Shown here piece after piece: positions 38,821 through 53,574 of a stretch of 64,000 nucleotides of DNA. The DNA comes from Octopus vulgaris (Eukaryota). A program made the position numbers and the translations under genes. The number at the start of each line of letters is the position of its first letter. The stretch's first letter is position 1. Location of the stretch: NCBI GenBank assembly GCA_951406725.2, contig OX597827.1:10850001-10914000 (forward strand), written 5' to 3'. Under the pieces are notes generated by a model. The model saw only the letters and a list, made by a program, of their open reading frames with translations. It was not told the DNA's origin and did not search any database.

Positions 38821-39354
38821 TTAACCTTTTAGCTTTCATATTACTCTGTCAAATGTAGTGCTTGTTTCTTCATATTGCTTTGAATTAATCATGCATTATC
38901 TTGTAGCTTTGAGATTTTTTCATGGTGTGTTTGTTTAGTTTTAAAATGACATTGCAGGGTAGATGTAAGAGGCTGAGTCTTGTTTGTTTGAACATAAAGC
39001 AGCCACCCTGGTACCTGTGCCCGTGGCATGTAAAAAGCACCGGGCATACGTGGCCGATGCCAGTGCCGCCTTGACTGGCTTCCGTGTCGGTGGCACGTAA
39101 AAACCACCAACTGAACGTGGCTGTTGCCAGCCTCCCCTGGCATGTAAAAAGCACCCACTACACTCACGGAGTGGTTGGCGTTAGGAAGGGCATCCTGTTA
39201 TAGAAACACTGCCAGATCAGACTGGAGCCTGGTGCAAGCCTCCTGGCTTCCCAGACCCCGGTCGAACCGTCCAACCCATGCTAGCATGGAAAACGGACGT
39301 TAAACGATGATGATGATGAGGAGGATATGGCTGGTTTAAACACTAAGGGTTGAA
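38821..39354. mobile_element. Older piggyBac-like MITE interrupted by a family-D element (39010-39320)
   Basis: Degenerate termini TTAACCTTTTAG ... CTAAGGGTTGAA. Confidence 0.45.
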
Positions 39355-40385
39355 AGTGTTGCTGTCAGACTGTGAAGGGCTGCAGCAGATACTGGAAAGT
39401 AATCTCATTCAACTCCTTGAAAGTTTAATTGATTCACCATTCCTGATTGGTACATTTCATTGACCCTTGAAAAATTAAAATTAAAGTTGACCTCAACAGG
39501 ATTTGAACTAAAAGTGTAAAGGCCCCACAGAAACTGAGTCATTCTATTCAATGTTCTAACAAGTCTCAATTTTCCATTTTATAAGGCATGGCTGTGTGGT
39601 TAGGGAGCTTGCTTCCTAACTACATGGTTTTGGGTTCAGTCCCACTGCGTGGCACTTTGGGTAGGTGTCTTCCACTATAGCCCCAAGCCGACCGAAGCTT
39701 TGTGATTGAATTCGGTAGGTGGAAGTTACTGCCGTGTGTGTATGTGTGCGTATAGCTGCTCAGTGCCTCTCTGAAAGAGAGAGAGGGATCACAAGAAATT
39801 CAGAAGAGTTCACTAAAAGAATTTGCAATAAGTTCATTTGCCACCTTGAGAGGTAAGGAATCTATCAGTTTATACTTTTGATTTTTGCCTCAGAACAGAG
39901 AAATGAAGTGAAGATACATGACTTAGTGATTTGGCGCTTTTAAAATTATGTCATAAGATTGTGGGCTTGATACTCTGACTGGATGGCACATTCTGTCCTT
40001 GGGCAAGCTCTTTCATTTCACATTGTTTTGGTTTATGCATCAGAGAATTTAGCTGCACTTGCTGAGTAAGGATATTTTGTAGACTACAGGGTTTAGATCT
40101 CACAAATGAAATGCACCCATGGCCCTTGATGATTGACCCCTTCTTTGATGCTGAGAAGAAAGTGTGAGAATGTGGCATCGTTGTTGGAGTTGCAAAGTAT
40201 TTTACTTGCCTGTTTCTCTTCCTCTTACTCATTTTCAAATGAAGAGTAAGGACCCAAAACATTAGATTCTTCAGTTCCCAATTCTCATGTCAGCTGAACT
40301 TGATGAACCCTTCCATGCAATCTTCTGTTTGAATTTATTGGTATCTGATATCTACCTGGATTTATTAATCCCTTTTACCTTGTTA

Positions 40386-40737
40386 TACATACATACACAT
40401 ACATACAAATATACATACATACATGGTGGCTGCCCCCTCGTTATCGAGTATGGCCATTGCACGAAGCTTAATCAATGTTGTTATCATACAATGCCCGTGC
40501 AAGAAGATTTTTTTTAAAGTGAGGAAAGGCTGTGCACTGAGTCAATTCCACTCACTAAGCAACAGCAGCCATAATCCGAAAAGAAGAACAAGTCAACATC
40601 ATCGGTAACCACTGAGCTGCAGGTTTTATGTTGGAGTTATCCCAGTTACCTGAGATACCTTCTTCTAGAGGGATGCCCTAACAAAGGCTAGGAGTCCTTT
40701 ACTCCCAATGGTTTAACCGCACGATCGGGTATTCAGT
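40386..40737 (-). mobile_element. Possible short non-autonomous RTE-derived element (5'UTR-like head, 3' end, (ATGT)n tail)
   Basis: Head contains AGGGCATCCCTCTAGAAGAAGG...AACTCCAACATAAAACC. The end CATACTCGATAACGAGGGGGCAGCCACC is followed by ATGT repeats. The family call rests on recalled resemblance only. Confidence 0.35.
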
Positions 40738-40984
40738 CCAATTATTTCAATATCCCCACGCATGATACAGCCTTAAGACATACATACGTACATACATACA
40801 TACATACATACATGCATACATACATACATACATGGATGGATAGATAGATAGATAGACAGGCAGACAGACAGACAAATATATGCATACATACATAGATGGA
40901 TAGATAGCTAGATAGATAGAAAGAAAGATACATACATATATAGCCATACATACATAGACACACACACATATACACATATATGTG

Positions 40985-41022
<38 letters not shown>

Positions 41023-41608
41023 CAAACACATGGACATAAACACACACACATATAAATATATATGTATGTATGTGAATGTGTGTGTGTGTGTGCTTGTATG
41101 TATGAAGCACTGTGGCTTCTACTGATATATTGTTAAAGGAAAAGGGATCTGTAAAAAGGTAAAATGCCTACACATCACATTCGCTATAATTTAAATAAGG
41201 CAAGAACAAGAAAACACGAGGCTTCAATGTCCTACCGACAAATATAGAATTAATATAGGAAAAGAATAAAAAAAAAATTTTGATAGATACGGAAAGGAAT
41301 ATTTAAAGAAAAAGGAAACAGAAAGGAATGTAAAAACAACAATAAAAAAAACAAAACAGAAAATAATTTTTTGAAAAAAAATAACGAATATTTGCAATTA
41401 ATGCAGATCGTTAACATTCGTCATTCACGTAGCTCGAAGGCATCGGTATTTGGTTATGTAATGAAATGCCTCTCAACTTATCTGAAGAGAGTTAAGATTT
41501 TTCAAGAAGCAAGCAAAGCAAATTAACTCACATTTTGTGAATTCAGTCCATTAGTGGAACAGTGAAAGTCTCTGAGATTTTTCTGAATTTAACCATATGG
41601 TTTGATGA

Positions 41609-41660
<52 letters not shown>

Positions 41661-41969
41661 TGTAGGAAACTTAACAAAAGAATCTTTTTTGTAATGCTGG
41701 TGATGGATTTCCCATTGAAAATATAAAAATAAATCTTAATGAGAATCTTCATGTATATTTTTTTTTATTGTACATAAAAATAAATATGAATTCATCAATA
41801 CTATCTCTAAAAAAAAAAAATATATATTTCGTAATATGTTTTAGAAAATCCTAAAATATGTAACCTTATATATGTAAGAGATACACACACACACACACAC
41901 AAATATAGTTATATATGCATGTTTATATATACATGTATATATAGATATATAGACATATATATATACACA

Positions 41970-42011
<42 letters not shown>

Positions 42012-42039
42012 CATATATACACACACACACACACACACA

Positions 42040-42072
<33 letters not shown>

Positions 42073-42553
42073 GCATACATAAATACATATACATACATAT
42101 ATATACACATACAGACACACATATATGTATGTGTATATATATATATAATGGTAATGGTGCTGACCTATTCCCCTTGGATTATGAATATGAATAATTCTTT
42201 CCAACTATTCCTCTGTGCTTTTCTTTTACTATAATATAAGGTGCATAATTATGACATCACCGAACTGAAGAATGAAGTTCTTTAATGATTCAAGACAAGG
42301 GACACTGGGGTGATTTCTCTCAGGTTTTTCTTATTGCCCGTAGCTAGCAAGAACTGAGCTCAAAGGTATGTGCTAACAAAGCATCATTAGTTATATAATA
42401 ATACAGCTGTGTAAATAAAAAAAATAAGTGATAGGGAACAGCACGTCTTTGAGAGGTTCACTTGCCATTTGCTTGAATGCTGTCTTTCAGTGTGAAGCTT
42501 TTTGCTAGGAACACAAAACTGAGCCAATTGTGAAATATAACATGAAGCATACC

Positions 42554-42789
42554 TATTTCTTTACTACCCACAAGGGGCTAAACACAGGGAGGATGAACAA
42601 GGACAGACAAACGGATCAAGTCGATCATATCGACCCCAGTGCATAACTGTACTTATTTAATCGACCCCAAAAGGATGAAAGGCAAAGTCGACCTCGGCAG
42701 AATTTAAACTAAAAAACGTAACGGCAGACGAAATACCGCTAAGCATTTCACCCAGCGCACTAACGTTTCTGCCAGCTCGCCGCCTTCAA
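42554..42789 (-). mobile_element. SINE family B monomer
   Basis: TSD AACATGAAGCATACC at 42539-42553 and 42790-42804. Confidence 0.85.
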
Positions 42790-42824
42790 AACATGAAGCA
42801 TACCTTCTTCATGTTACCTTCATC

Positions 42825-43500
42825 CTCATCATCATCATCGTTTAACGTCCGTTTTCCATGCTAGCACGGGTTGGACGGTTCGACCGGGGTCTAGGAAGCC
42901 AGGGGCTGCACCAGGCTCCAGTCTGATCTGGCAGTATTTCTACAACTGGATGCCCTTCCTAACGCCAACCACTCCGCGAGTGTATTGGGTGCTTTTTATG
43001 TGCCACCTGCACAGGTGCCAGGCGTGTCTGGCATCGGCCACGATCGGTTGGAGCTTTTAACGTGCCACCGGCATGGAAGCCAGCCAAGGCGGCGCTGGCA
43101 ACGGCCACATTTGGATGGTGCTTTTTATGTGCCACCGGCACTGGAGCCAGTCGAGAACTTATCAAAGTTATATTTGCATGGATCTGGTAACACGTAAAAG
43201 GCACCTGTGCCAGTGACATGTGAATGGCACCTGTGCCAGTGATACGTAAAAGGCCGCAGTGCTGTTGACATAGATATATAAGGTATCCATTTTGGTGACA
43301 CATTAAAGGCACCCATGCCACTAATGCATAAATGACACTCTCACACAGTACGCTCTGTAGAGTGGGTGGCATTAGGAAGGGCATAGAAACCAAGCCAAGA
43401 CAGAGTGGAGCCAGGTTCAGTTCTCCAGCTTACCAGTTCCAGTCAAACCATGAAACTTGTACCAACATGGAAAAACAAATGCTAAATGATGATGACGATA
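42825..43500. mobile_element. Two oppositely oriented family-D copies (42825-43145 minus; about 43190-43500 plus, older)
   Basis: Both carry the GGAAGGGCAT block and a GAT tail, on opposite strands. Confidence 0.7.
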
Positions 43501-44239
43501 ATGACAACGACAACGATGATGATGATGATGATGGTTGTGGTGGTGGTGGTGGTGGTGGTGGTGGTGGTGGTGGTGGTTTTGGTGGAGGTTTTGGCAGTGG
43601 TGGTGATGATGATGATGATGATGATGATGATGACGACAATAATGACGATGATGATGACGACAATGATGATGATGATGACGACAATGACGACGACGATGAT
43701 GATGGTGATGATGATGATGATGATTGTGGTGGTGGTGGTGGTGGTGGTGGTGATTTAGCTTTGGTGGTGGTGGTGGTGATGATCATGATGATGATGATGG
43801 TGATGGTGATGATCATGATCTGTCAAGCTCTCGCCAACTGCAGGGGTAGCATTATCATCCTTAAAATTTCGACACTTGTTTCATTGCACGATAATAAAAG
43901 AGACTTAACACCTAATTCACACCTGTCCATTCACTTTCCCCCCCTCTTTCTCACTTTCCCCTTCCCATTTCTGCACGTCCCATCTTATTTCTAATTCTCA
44001 GTTCTCTCCCCATTAATTCCTGACAGCAAGACCACTAACACCTTACTCTTTATTTATTCTCTCTCGAGAGGCAAAAGGCCAAAATATCAGACATTTTACA
44101 CCTCACAGCAATTAAACTAATCAACATCAACGTTCTACAGACTCATCCTTAGTATACAGGTTGCTGACACAGACCCTTTTGCAGTTGGTTCTGATTCCAA
44201 AGTTTACTCTGCAAAACTTAGCCGTGATTTAGTAAGACA

Positions 44240-44665
44240 GCATCTTTTCGGTTTGAACAGCAGTTTTTTCTAGCGGTGTCATATGAAATTGTCACCCATA
44301 GTTATGACCCTAGTATCGATCTATTGCATTTCAATCTGTTTTAGGGTTAGGGTTAGGGTTAGGGGTGGGAGAAGGGTATCTTTTTTTCTTCAGAAATGTA
44401 GATAAACCCAATCTGTCTCTAAAACGAGGGACATATTCATACGGCACAGAATGTGTTTTTTTACCTCAATAGACGTCATTGATTGGTTGAAATTGCAGAA
44501 ATTGAAGAAAAAAAAACAACAAATATCTTACAAACTATAGAACTTTCTCAATAAAGCCAAAAGAAAAAGATGTTTTATAAACACATTCTACCAGTATATG
44601 AAGTTTAAAATTTTTTAGTTACCTAGAAATTATGTTAAAAACTGCCTTTCAAACCGAAAAGATCC
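44240..44665. mobile_element. Second copy of the GGATC/8-bp-TSD MITE, opposite orientation
   Basis: TSD GTAAGACA at 44232-44239 and 44666-44673; (TTAGGG)n at 44341-44364. Confidence 0.85.
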
Positions 44666-44875
44666 GTAAGACATTTTACAAGAACAACTATGTTTTTGTG
44701 AAGTATAGACTTGTTTTATGAAGTAAGATAGAAAATACATTTGGAATTATTGTTGTTGTTTAACTCCACAATAACTCTAACAGCTAACTTACTATAAAAT
44801 GCTTTCTAGCTGTTACTGTTTTGTATATTTGCTGCTACATTGACAAATATGTCCCCCTCCTATTTTAAGATGACT

Positions 44876-45388
44876 CTTTTATTTGTTTCAGTCATTTGAC
44901 TGTGGCCATGCTGGAGCACTGCCTATTAGTTGAGCAAATCGCCCCCCCCCCGGATTTATTCTTTGTAAGCCTAGTACTTATTCTATCGGTCTCTTTTGCC
45001 GAACTGCTAAGTTCCGGGGACATAAACACCCCAGCATCAGTTGTCAAGCAACTTATTCTTTGTAAGCCTAGTACTTATTCTATCGGTCTCTTTTGCCGAA
45101 CTGCTACGTTATGGGGACATAAACACCCCAGCATCAGTTGTCAAGCTATGTTGGGGGCGGGGCACAAACACAGACACGCAAACATACACACACACATACA
45201 TACATATATATATATATATATACGACGGGCTTCTTTCAATTTCTGTCTACCAAATCCACTCACAAGGCATTGGTCAGCCCGGGGCTATAGCAGAAGACAC
45301 TTGCTCAAGATGCCACGCAGTGGGACTGAACCCAGAACCATGTGGCTGGTTAGCAAGCTATTTACTACACAGCCACTCCTGCACCTCC
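44876..45388 (-). mobile_element. SINE family A with ~95-bp internal tandem duplication
   Basis: The block ttattctttgtaagcc...gttgtcaagc occurs twice (about 44956 and 45053). Confidence 0.8.
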
Positions 45389-45894
45389 AGCTATTAATTA
45401 ATGTTTTAACATGTTATCCAAGCCACAAAATAATCATAAAAGACTTAGTATTATAAAGTTGAAATTAAGTTCTGAGTTCAAACCCTACTGAAGTAAACTT
45501 TACATTTTATCTTTCCAGGGTCAATAAAATAAGTGCCAGTTGAGTACTAAGGGGTTAACAGGATCACGTGTACTCATTTTGGCTCCTTACTTATATTAGA
45601 AATAAATATTTTAAAACTGAGGTTCCATATTCTTTTAAAAAATGGTATTTCATCTTTTGTCTTTCATCTTTTATCTTTTGTGTCTCAGGTATTAGATTGT
45701 GGTCACTACTGGGGCACAACCTTGAAAAATTTTAGTCAAACGAATTTGACTCCAGTACCTATTTTTTTGTAAAGCCTGCTGCTCCTTCTATTGGTCTCTT
45801 TTGCCGAACCACTAAGTTATGGGAACCTAAGCACACTGACACTGGTTGTCAAGCAGTGATGGGGGACAAACACACACAAAAAAAACACACTCAT

Positions 45895-45924
<30 letters not shown>

Positions 45925-45942
<18 letters not shown>

Positions 45943-46295
45943 CTGAAGTTCTCTGTGTATGGCAGGTTTGGTAGCCTTCAACTGACACTATCTCCTCCAA
46001 GACCCTGAAGCACAAGTTGAATAAAATTGAGAGTATGATAGAAGAAGGCTTGCTCTTCATTCCATAGAAGATAAGATTCAAATCGAACCATGTTAAGACC
46101 AAAAATTATTTACATCAAAAAGGTGCTTTTTTTTCTATGAAAATCCTTATTTTTTGACTGCTGTGTCACCATTTTTCAGTGTATTTCAACCAGAAAAATG
46201 TTCACCTAAAGAGAATAACAAGCTACATAATGCAAAAGCTTTACTTTTCAAAAATTCCAATTCTAAGGGGTCGAAACACTGTGCGATACTGCTAG
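45925..46295 (+). mobile_element. Helitron-like element inserted in the (TA)n tract of a family-A SINE
   Basis: Begins within TATATATAAAG and ends CGATACTGCTAG|T, the same 3' terminus as the other Helitrons. It splits SINE A (45690-46440). Confidence 0.6.
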
Positions 46296-46643
46296 TATAT
46301 ATATATATATATGTACACGATGGGCTTCCTTTAGTTTCCTTCATCCAAATTCACTCACAAGGCCTTATGAGTGGTTCCTCCCTGTGGGACTGAACCCAGA
46401 ACCCTGTTGTTGCGAATCAAGCTTCTTACCACACAGCTCTCTGAGCAGGGTATAAGAATTTTGGTGCCACCTATTTGGCGTCGCTGATTCAACACTAACT
46501 TATTTGACTCCATATACCTTGTGTTCCTCGCTTTAGTGCTTGTTTTGTTCTCTCCTTCCCCACTTGGTCTCTCTGTGTTGGTGAGTAAGCAGCTACTAAT
46601 GTTTGCATGTACAATGTCTTTCCCTCTCTGTCTTAATTCTGCA

Positions 46644-47260
46644 CACGTGTGTGTGTGTGTGCATGTGTGTGTATGCATATGTGCATGTGTGCATGTGTAT
46701 GTGTGTGCATGTGTGCATGTGTGCTTATGTTTGTGTGTGCACGTACATTTGTGTATGTGTGCTTGTTGTATGTGTATGTGTGTGTGCATGTGTATGTGTG
46801 TGTGTGTGCATTTGTATATGTACGTATGTGTGTGCATATGTGTATGTATGCATGTGTGCATGCATATGTGTGTACACTTGTGCATGTTCGTATGTGTGTG
46901 TGTGTGCATGCGTGTATGTGTGCATAAGTGTGTGCATGCATTTATGTATGTGTGTATGTGCATGTGTGTATGTGTGCTTATGTTTGTGTGTGCACGTACA
47001 TTTGTGTATGCGTGCCTGTTGTATGTGTGTGTGCATGTGTATGTGTGTATGTGCATTTGCATATGTATGTATGTGTGTGCATGTGTGCATATGTGTATGT
47101 ATGCATGTGTGTATGCATATGTGTGTACATTTGTGCATGTTCCTATGTGTGTGTGCATGTGTGTATATGTGTGTGTGCATGCATTTATGTATGCGTGCTT
47201 GTTGTATGTGTGTGTGCATGGGTGTATGTGTGCATATGTGTGTATGTGTGTGCACGCATG
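46644..47260. repeat. Degenerate purine-pyrimidine (TG/CA/TA) tract with a higher-order internal duplication
   Basis: The block GTGCTTATGTTTGTGTGTGCACGTACATTTGTGTATG occurs at about 46721 and 46974. Confidence 0.85.
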
Positions 47261-47503
47261 CTTGCCTCCAATAGTGAAGGTGCATGGCTTAGTGGTTAAG
47301 GGTATTCAGCTCATGATTGTAAGGTCAGGAGTTCAATTCCTAGTAGGGCATTGCGTCCTTGAATAAGACACAATTTATTTCACATTGTTCCACTCCACAC
47401 AGCTAACAAAAATTCATAGTACTTGTAACTGAAAGGGTCAACCTTGTTACATTCTGTATCATGCTGAATCTCCCTGAGAAATACATTAAGGGTATGCTTG
47501 TCT

Positions 47504-47920
47504 AAGGTGGCGAGCTGGCAGAAACGTTAGCATGCCAGGCGAAATGCGTAGTCATATTTCGTCTGCCGTTACGTTCTGAGTTCAAATTCCGCCGAGGTCG
47601 ACTTTGCCTTTCATCCTCTCAGGGTCGATAAATTAAGTACCAGTTACGCACTGGGGTTGATGTAATCGACTTAATCCATGTGTCTGTCCTTGTTTGTCCC
47701 CTCTGTGTTTAGCCCCTTGTGGGTAATAAAGAAATAGGTATTTTGTCTGTCATTATGGTCTGAGTTCAAATTCCGCCGAGGTCGACTTTGCCTTTCATCC
47801 TTTCGGGGTCAATAAATTAAGTACCAGTTACGCACTGGGGTCTATGTAATCGACTTAATCCGTGTGTCTGTCCTTGTTTGTCCCCTCTGTGTCTAGCACC
47901 TTGTGGGTAGTAAAGAAATA
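47504..47920 (+). mobile_element. SINE family B dimer nested in an older SINE (47274-48025)
   Basis: TSD GGTATGCTT(G/A)TCT at 47491-47503 and 47921-47933. Internal junction at 47737. Confidence 0.88.
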
Positions 47921-48529
47921 GGTATGCTTATCTGTGGAGTGCTCAGCCACGCTCTCTAATTTCATGAGGGGCTGTTCCATTGATCAAATCAATTGGAACC
48001 CTTATTGTTGTAACCAGTAGAGTGCAAGTACTGTTGCCAAATGTCAAATAACACTGTGTAACACGATTTTTGTCCTTGGGAAGCAGCTTTTATTTGCTAA
48101 TTGCTTACCCCGAGAAAGTATCAAAAATAGTTAATATTTCCTTCAAAGTTTGCTTTTGTTACATTTATTTGAACCCCAAAGAAATCTTCTCAACACATCA
48201 CCTTGATTGTTCCCCACTACTCCTGCTTGTGACCAGGGATGCACATATTGTCAGTCTCTGAAGGACATGTTCAAGGGGTTATGGTGAAGCAACTGGAAAG
48301 CAAAACTGACAAGCAAATTTGCTATAATGATATTTCTGCTTCAGCAACTCCATGCTGAATCTGTTTGAAATGTAATGGAAAATAGGTCAGTTTCAAAACA
48401 CTGATGCCCAGATCACAAAAGCAAAGTCTTTAGGGAACAGTAGTCATTCCCTTTGATTTCTAGATAGAAGCAAATAGGAAATAACACTTACTGACCAAAG
48501 ACTAAAAGAAAATAAAAATTTTACTACCA

Positions 48530-49234
48530 GATGGATTCTTAGAACTTTCAGAACAAGAGACCAGGAAACCATGATGGCCCTCTGGAGGACACTTGTCCTA
48601 AGCCATTTTGACTATTGCTCTCATCTATGGTCACCAACCAGTGTCAAATTAATCTCAGAACTTGAGGCAATCTAACGAAGCTATACGTAGAAGATAGCCT
48701 CAGTGCAGCATATAAGCTATTGGGAAAGACTCAAGAGATTAAGACTCTATTCCTTAGAGTGTAGGCGAGAAAGATATGCCATGATATATATCTGGAAGAG
48801 CCTGGAAGGACTTGTCCCAAACTTTGGCATTGAGAGTTACACAAATACTAGAACTGAGCGCCACTGCATAGTGCCAAGGACTCCAAATTTGCCATCAAGC
48901 TGTGGGACAAGATACTGCAATAGCCTGGGCTTCAGAGGTCCACAGCTCTTCAATATCCTCCCGAAGGACCTGAGAGACCTGCATGGGGTGGATGTAGGTG
49001 TCTTCAGAATAAAGCTGGACCTCTTCTTGTCAAGTGTCCCAGATGAACCAACTTCGCAACAGGAGGTGCAGATGAGTGTAGCTGCATCAAACTCTCTCAT
49101 GCACCAAATGTCAATTCCTAAAAAGCATTCAGGAAGTAAAATTATGTAGCAACACCAAATGACGGTGCCCCAGCATGGCCACAGTTCGTGAGCTGAAACT
49201 AGATGAAAATGAAATAAAATAAAATAAAATAAAA
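48530..49234 (+). mobile_element. CR1-group LINE 3' fragment with 3'UTR stem-loop and (AAAAT)n tail
   Basis: WILRTFRTRD...LVLSHFDYCSHLWSP...YWERLKRLRLYSLECRRERY...FRGPQLFNILPKDLR...FRIKLDLFLSSVPDEP, with in-frame stops. Confidence 0.85.
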
Positions 49235-49844
49235 TGTAATCAGCGTCAAAACAGCCACACCCAAACAGCTCATTCCACTCTTGTCATACTTTTACTAAAT
49301 GGCATTTTGAGAATTCACTATAAGATGGGTCCTACATAGTAAGAGAATGAATGGGTAAGGTTTTATGGCTGTTGTCCTAAAATACCTGGATGTTTTCTGA
49401 TACAGTTGGGATGCTTGTAAATGAATGTTATACATTTGTAACATTCTACAGAAACATATCTGGTAGTGGTCATGGGGAAATATTACCCTGTTTGGAAACA
49501 GAATAAGAGTTGGCAACAGGAAGAGCATCCAACCAAATAAAAATCTACCACAATCAAAAGCACTATCTGACCCATGCAACCATCAAAAGTTGAGGGCAAT
49601 AAAAGATGATGGCGATGATGGTGGTAATGATGGTGGTGGAGGTGGTGGTGGTGGTAATGATGATAATGATTATTTCACAAACAGTTGAAAGTATACAAAA
49701 ATCTGTAGTTTAGAATATAGACTCCAACAGAGAGAAAGGCAAAGAGAAAGAGAGAGAGAGAGAGAAAGCCAGCAAGAGAGAAAATGGGTGTGTGTGTGTG
49801 TGTATGTATGTGGATGTGTCTGTGTGTGTATATGTATATATGTG

Positions 49845-50273
<429 letters not shown>

Positions 50274-51183
50274 CTTTTTCATTCTTGAAAGAAAAAAAAA
50301 AGCGATAATTTTGTGTGTACTCAGGTTTTAGCATTGACATTTAATGAACTCTAAAATGAAATTTAAAGATAATCATGTCTGCACAACTGCATTATAAAGG
50401 TTATTGGCGTAAAATGTTGTTTGTGAAGGGCTGAAGGAGTATTTGTTTTACAATGATACTTAATTCAATTAGAATATTTAACTGGGTATATTGAGCTTTG
50501 AGAATTGTTTCAACAAACAATTCAGTCAGAGGCTGCTTTGTAAATATAGCTGTTCTGAGTAAGTGGGTAAAAAGATTAATTAAATCTTATAAATGGTGAA
50601 TGAGTCAAGTGAAAAACATTGCATAATGTACAGTAAATGGTGCGTGACGTTATATTGTACTGCCAGATAAAAATTCTTGTTATTGCATTTATGTATATAT
50701 ATTTTCATTTATTCTCTTGTTGTTGTTGTTGTTGTTTTTTTTTTTTTACTTCCTTTTATTCAATTATTATTATTATTATTATTATTTCTGTTTTTTTTTT
50801 TTCCCCCTTTTGCCAAGCTTTATTAAATTATCCTCATTGTCAATTTATCATATATTTTCTGTGATTTCTTAAAATAAAAAAAAATAAGACCAAAACAAAA
50901 CCAAAATAAAAAGAAAATGAAAAAAAAAAATAATAAATAAACTCGCAAAAATGTTGCTAGATTTATTGGAGCAAAATAATTTATATTACTAACTGACCAT
51001 CCCAAGGTCAAACATAACATTAACAAGCGTAACATTAGAAAATTATCGCTACTAATAAGTAGAACACAACTAACGACCAGCAAATGATCTTCCGGTTCCA
51101 CATATTCTTGAGATTAGAAAACCGTTTCTCTTTTATATTTACATATCCAGAATTTAACCCCTCTATACACCCATCATAATATA

Positions 51184-51232
<49 letters not shown>

Positions 51233-51572
51233 TATTTTTTGTCACTTTATCTATTCTTTCTATCTACTTCTCTCTTTGTCTCTATCATTCTCTCTTGTAT
51301 TTATATGATTTATATGAAAATTTATGTGTGTTCATGTGCAAAAAAACATTAAGGATGTGGCTTCTGGATAGACGAGTTAATCAGTGGTTACTCAGTCTAA
51401 AAAAACCATAAATAGTAATTTACCCTGAAGGCTCAAGCTCTGTTTCACTTTGTGACACTTTGGGCGAGTTTTTTTGTTTCTCCTATTGTAGCCTCAAGTT
51501 GGCAAATAATTTGTGAGTAGATCCAGAAGATAGAAACTGTATAGATGTTCTTCCCACACACAGACACACGTG

Positions 51573-51608
<36 letters not shown>

Positions 51609-51666
51609 ACAACACACACACGTAAATGTATGTATACAAAAGAATGTGTATACACACACATATATA

Positions 51667-52024
51667 TACTCTTTACTCTTTTTTACTCTTTTACTTGTTT
51701 CAGTCATTTGACTGCGGCCATGCTGGAGCACCGCCTTTAGTCGAGCAAATCGACCCTGGGACTTATTCTTTTGTAAACCCAGTACTTATTCTATCGGTCT
51801 CTTTTGCCAAACCACTAAGTAACGGGGACATAAACAAACCAACAATAGTTGTCAAGCAGTGGAGGGAGGGGACAAACACACACACACAAGCACACACACA
51901 CACATATATATATACATATATACGACGGGCTTCTTTCAGTTTCCATCTACCAAATCCACTCACAAGGCTGTGATTGGCCCAGTGTCAAAGGTTCAAGGTG
52001 CCACACAGTGGGACTGAACCTGGA

Positions 52025-52025
<1 letters not shown>
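51667..52025 (-). mobile_element. SINE family A, head truncated
   Basis: Matches the family body and tail. Confidence 0.8.
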
Positions 52026-52081
<56 letters not shown>

Positions 52082-52471
52082 ATTTTAAAGTTTCAGGCTT
52101 CTTAAGAAATCAACTAGTTAACACGGAATAGTATATGAATATACTATTATTTGGTTCTCTGCAATTTACATGTGGGACATCGGAATGAGAACACGAGTAA
52201 AAGAGGAGAAATGAAGGCGTGGCATTTACTAGCATGAGTGAAGAACCAGACGAAGGGAGCTGGCAAAAGTGTGCGAAAAACTGTGTAAGGGAAATAAATA
52301 TCGAAAGATGAGTCCTTAAAAAGATCAAAACCCATTAAAAGAGATGAGAAACAAAAGAGACACAACCATTGATTGGATAGCTTCTTAGTAATAGTGTTAT
52401 TAACGATACTAAATAAAATTATATATATGAGAAGACGTATAGGCACCGAGTAGCTGGTATGTGAGTGAAAT

Positions 52472-52703
52472 AAGGGGCGAATTGGCAGAAACGTTAGCAT
52501 GCCAGGCAAAATGCTTAGCAGCATTTCATCTGCCACTATGCTCTGAGCTCAAATTCCGCCAAGGTCAACTTTGCCTTTCATCCTTTCGGGATCGATTAAA
52601 TAAGTACCAGTTACACACTGGGATCAATATAATCAACTTAATCCGTTTGTCTGTCCTTGTTTGTCCCCTCTGTATTTAGCCCCTTGTGGGTAGTAAAGAA
52701 ATA
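52472..52703 (+). mobile_element. SINE family B monomer
   Basis: 16-bp TSD GGTATGTGAGTGAAAT at 52456-52471 and 52704-52719. Confidence 0.88.
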
Positions 52704-52752
52704 GGTATGTGAGTGAAATTTTGTTAATTTTACAGCATGAGAGAGAGGGAAA

Positions 52753-52793
<41 letters not shown>

Positions 52794-53212
52794 TATTCTT
52801 ACAGTCATACACACATATATGGGTATATTTATCTATGTATGCAGGTATGTAAATATGTGTGTGTGTGTATACATATATGTGTGTGCGTATGTGTGTGAGC
52901 ATGAGTTGGGAGGAAGAGAGAGTGAGAGATGGAGAAGCTGGTGGGTTAAGAGAATAAATAGCGAATCGTTTTCACAATCCCAAAAAAAATAAAAGGAAAA
53001 GAAAATAATTATGCAAGGTTTCTTTGAAGTAAATGACATAACAGAGAAACAAGGGGATGGGGAAATTTTGACAAAGAAAGATGCATTGATGTAGATGGAT
53101 TTGTTTAATGGTCCTTATCATAAGATTTAACATCTCCATGGCTTGATGACTTGACAACTTAAGTTCACTGTGTTCTTGTCAAACAATTTCAGTCATTTAA
53201 ACTACAATGTCA

Positions 53213-53285
<73 letters not shown>

Positions 53286-53512
53286 TAAATACGATGGGCT
53301 TCTTTCAGTTTCCGTCTACCAAATCCACGCACAGGCTTTGGTTGACCTGAGGCTATAGTAGAAGACACTTACCCAAGGTGCCACACAGTAGGACTGAACC
53401 CGGAACCATGTAGTTCATAAGCAAGCTACTTACCACACAGCCACCCCTATGCAAAGTGACTGGCATTAGGAAGGGTATCCAGCTGTAGAAACCAAGCCAA
53501 ATCAGACATTAA

Positions 53513-53548
<36 letters not shown>

Positions 53549-53574
53549 GTTATATATATATATATATATATATA

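Noticed and set aside
41526-41575. Minus-strand AAT|GTGAGT donor as a possible 5'UTR exon (similar site near 58440)
   Set aside because: No convincing acceptor or promoter pairing, so it is unsupported without transcripts.
44341-44364. (TTAGGG)n as a telomere or chromosome-fusion scar
   Set aside because: Only a few units, and internal to a TSD-flanked MITE present in several copies.
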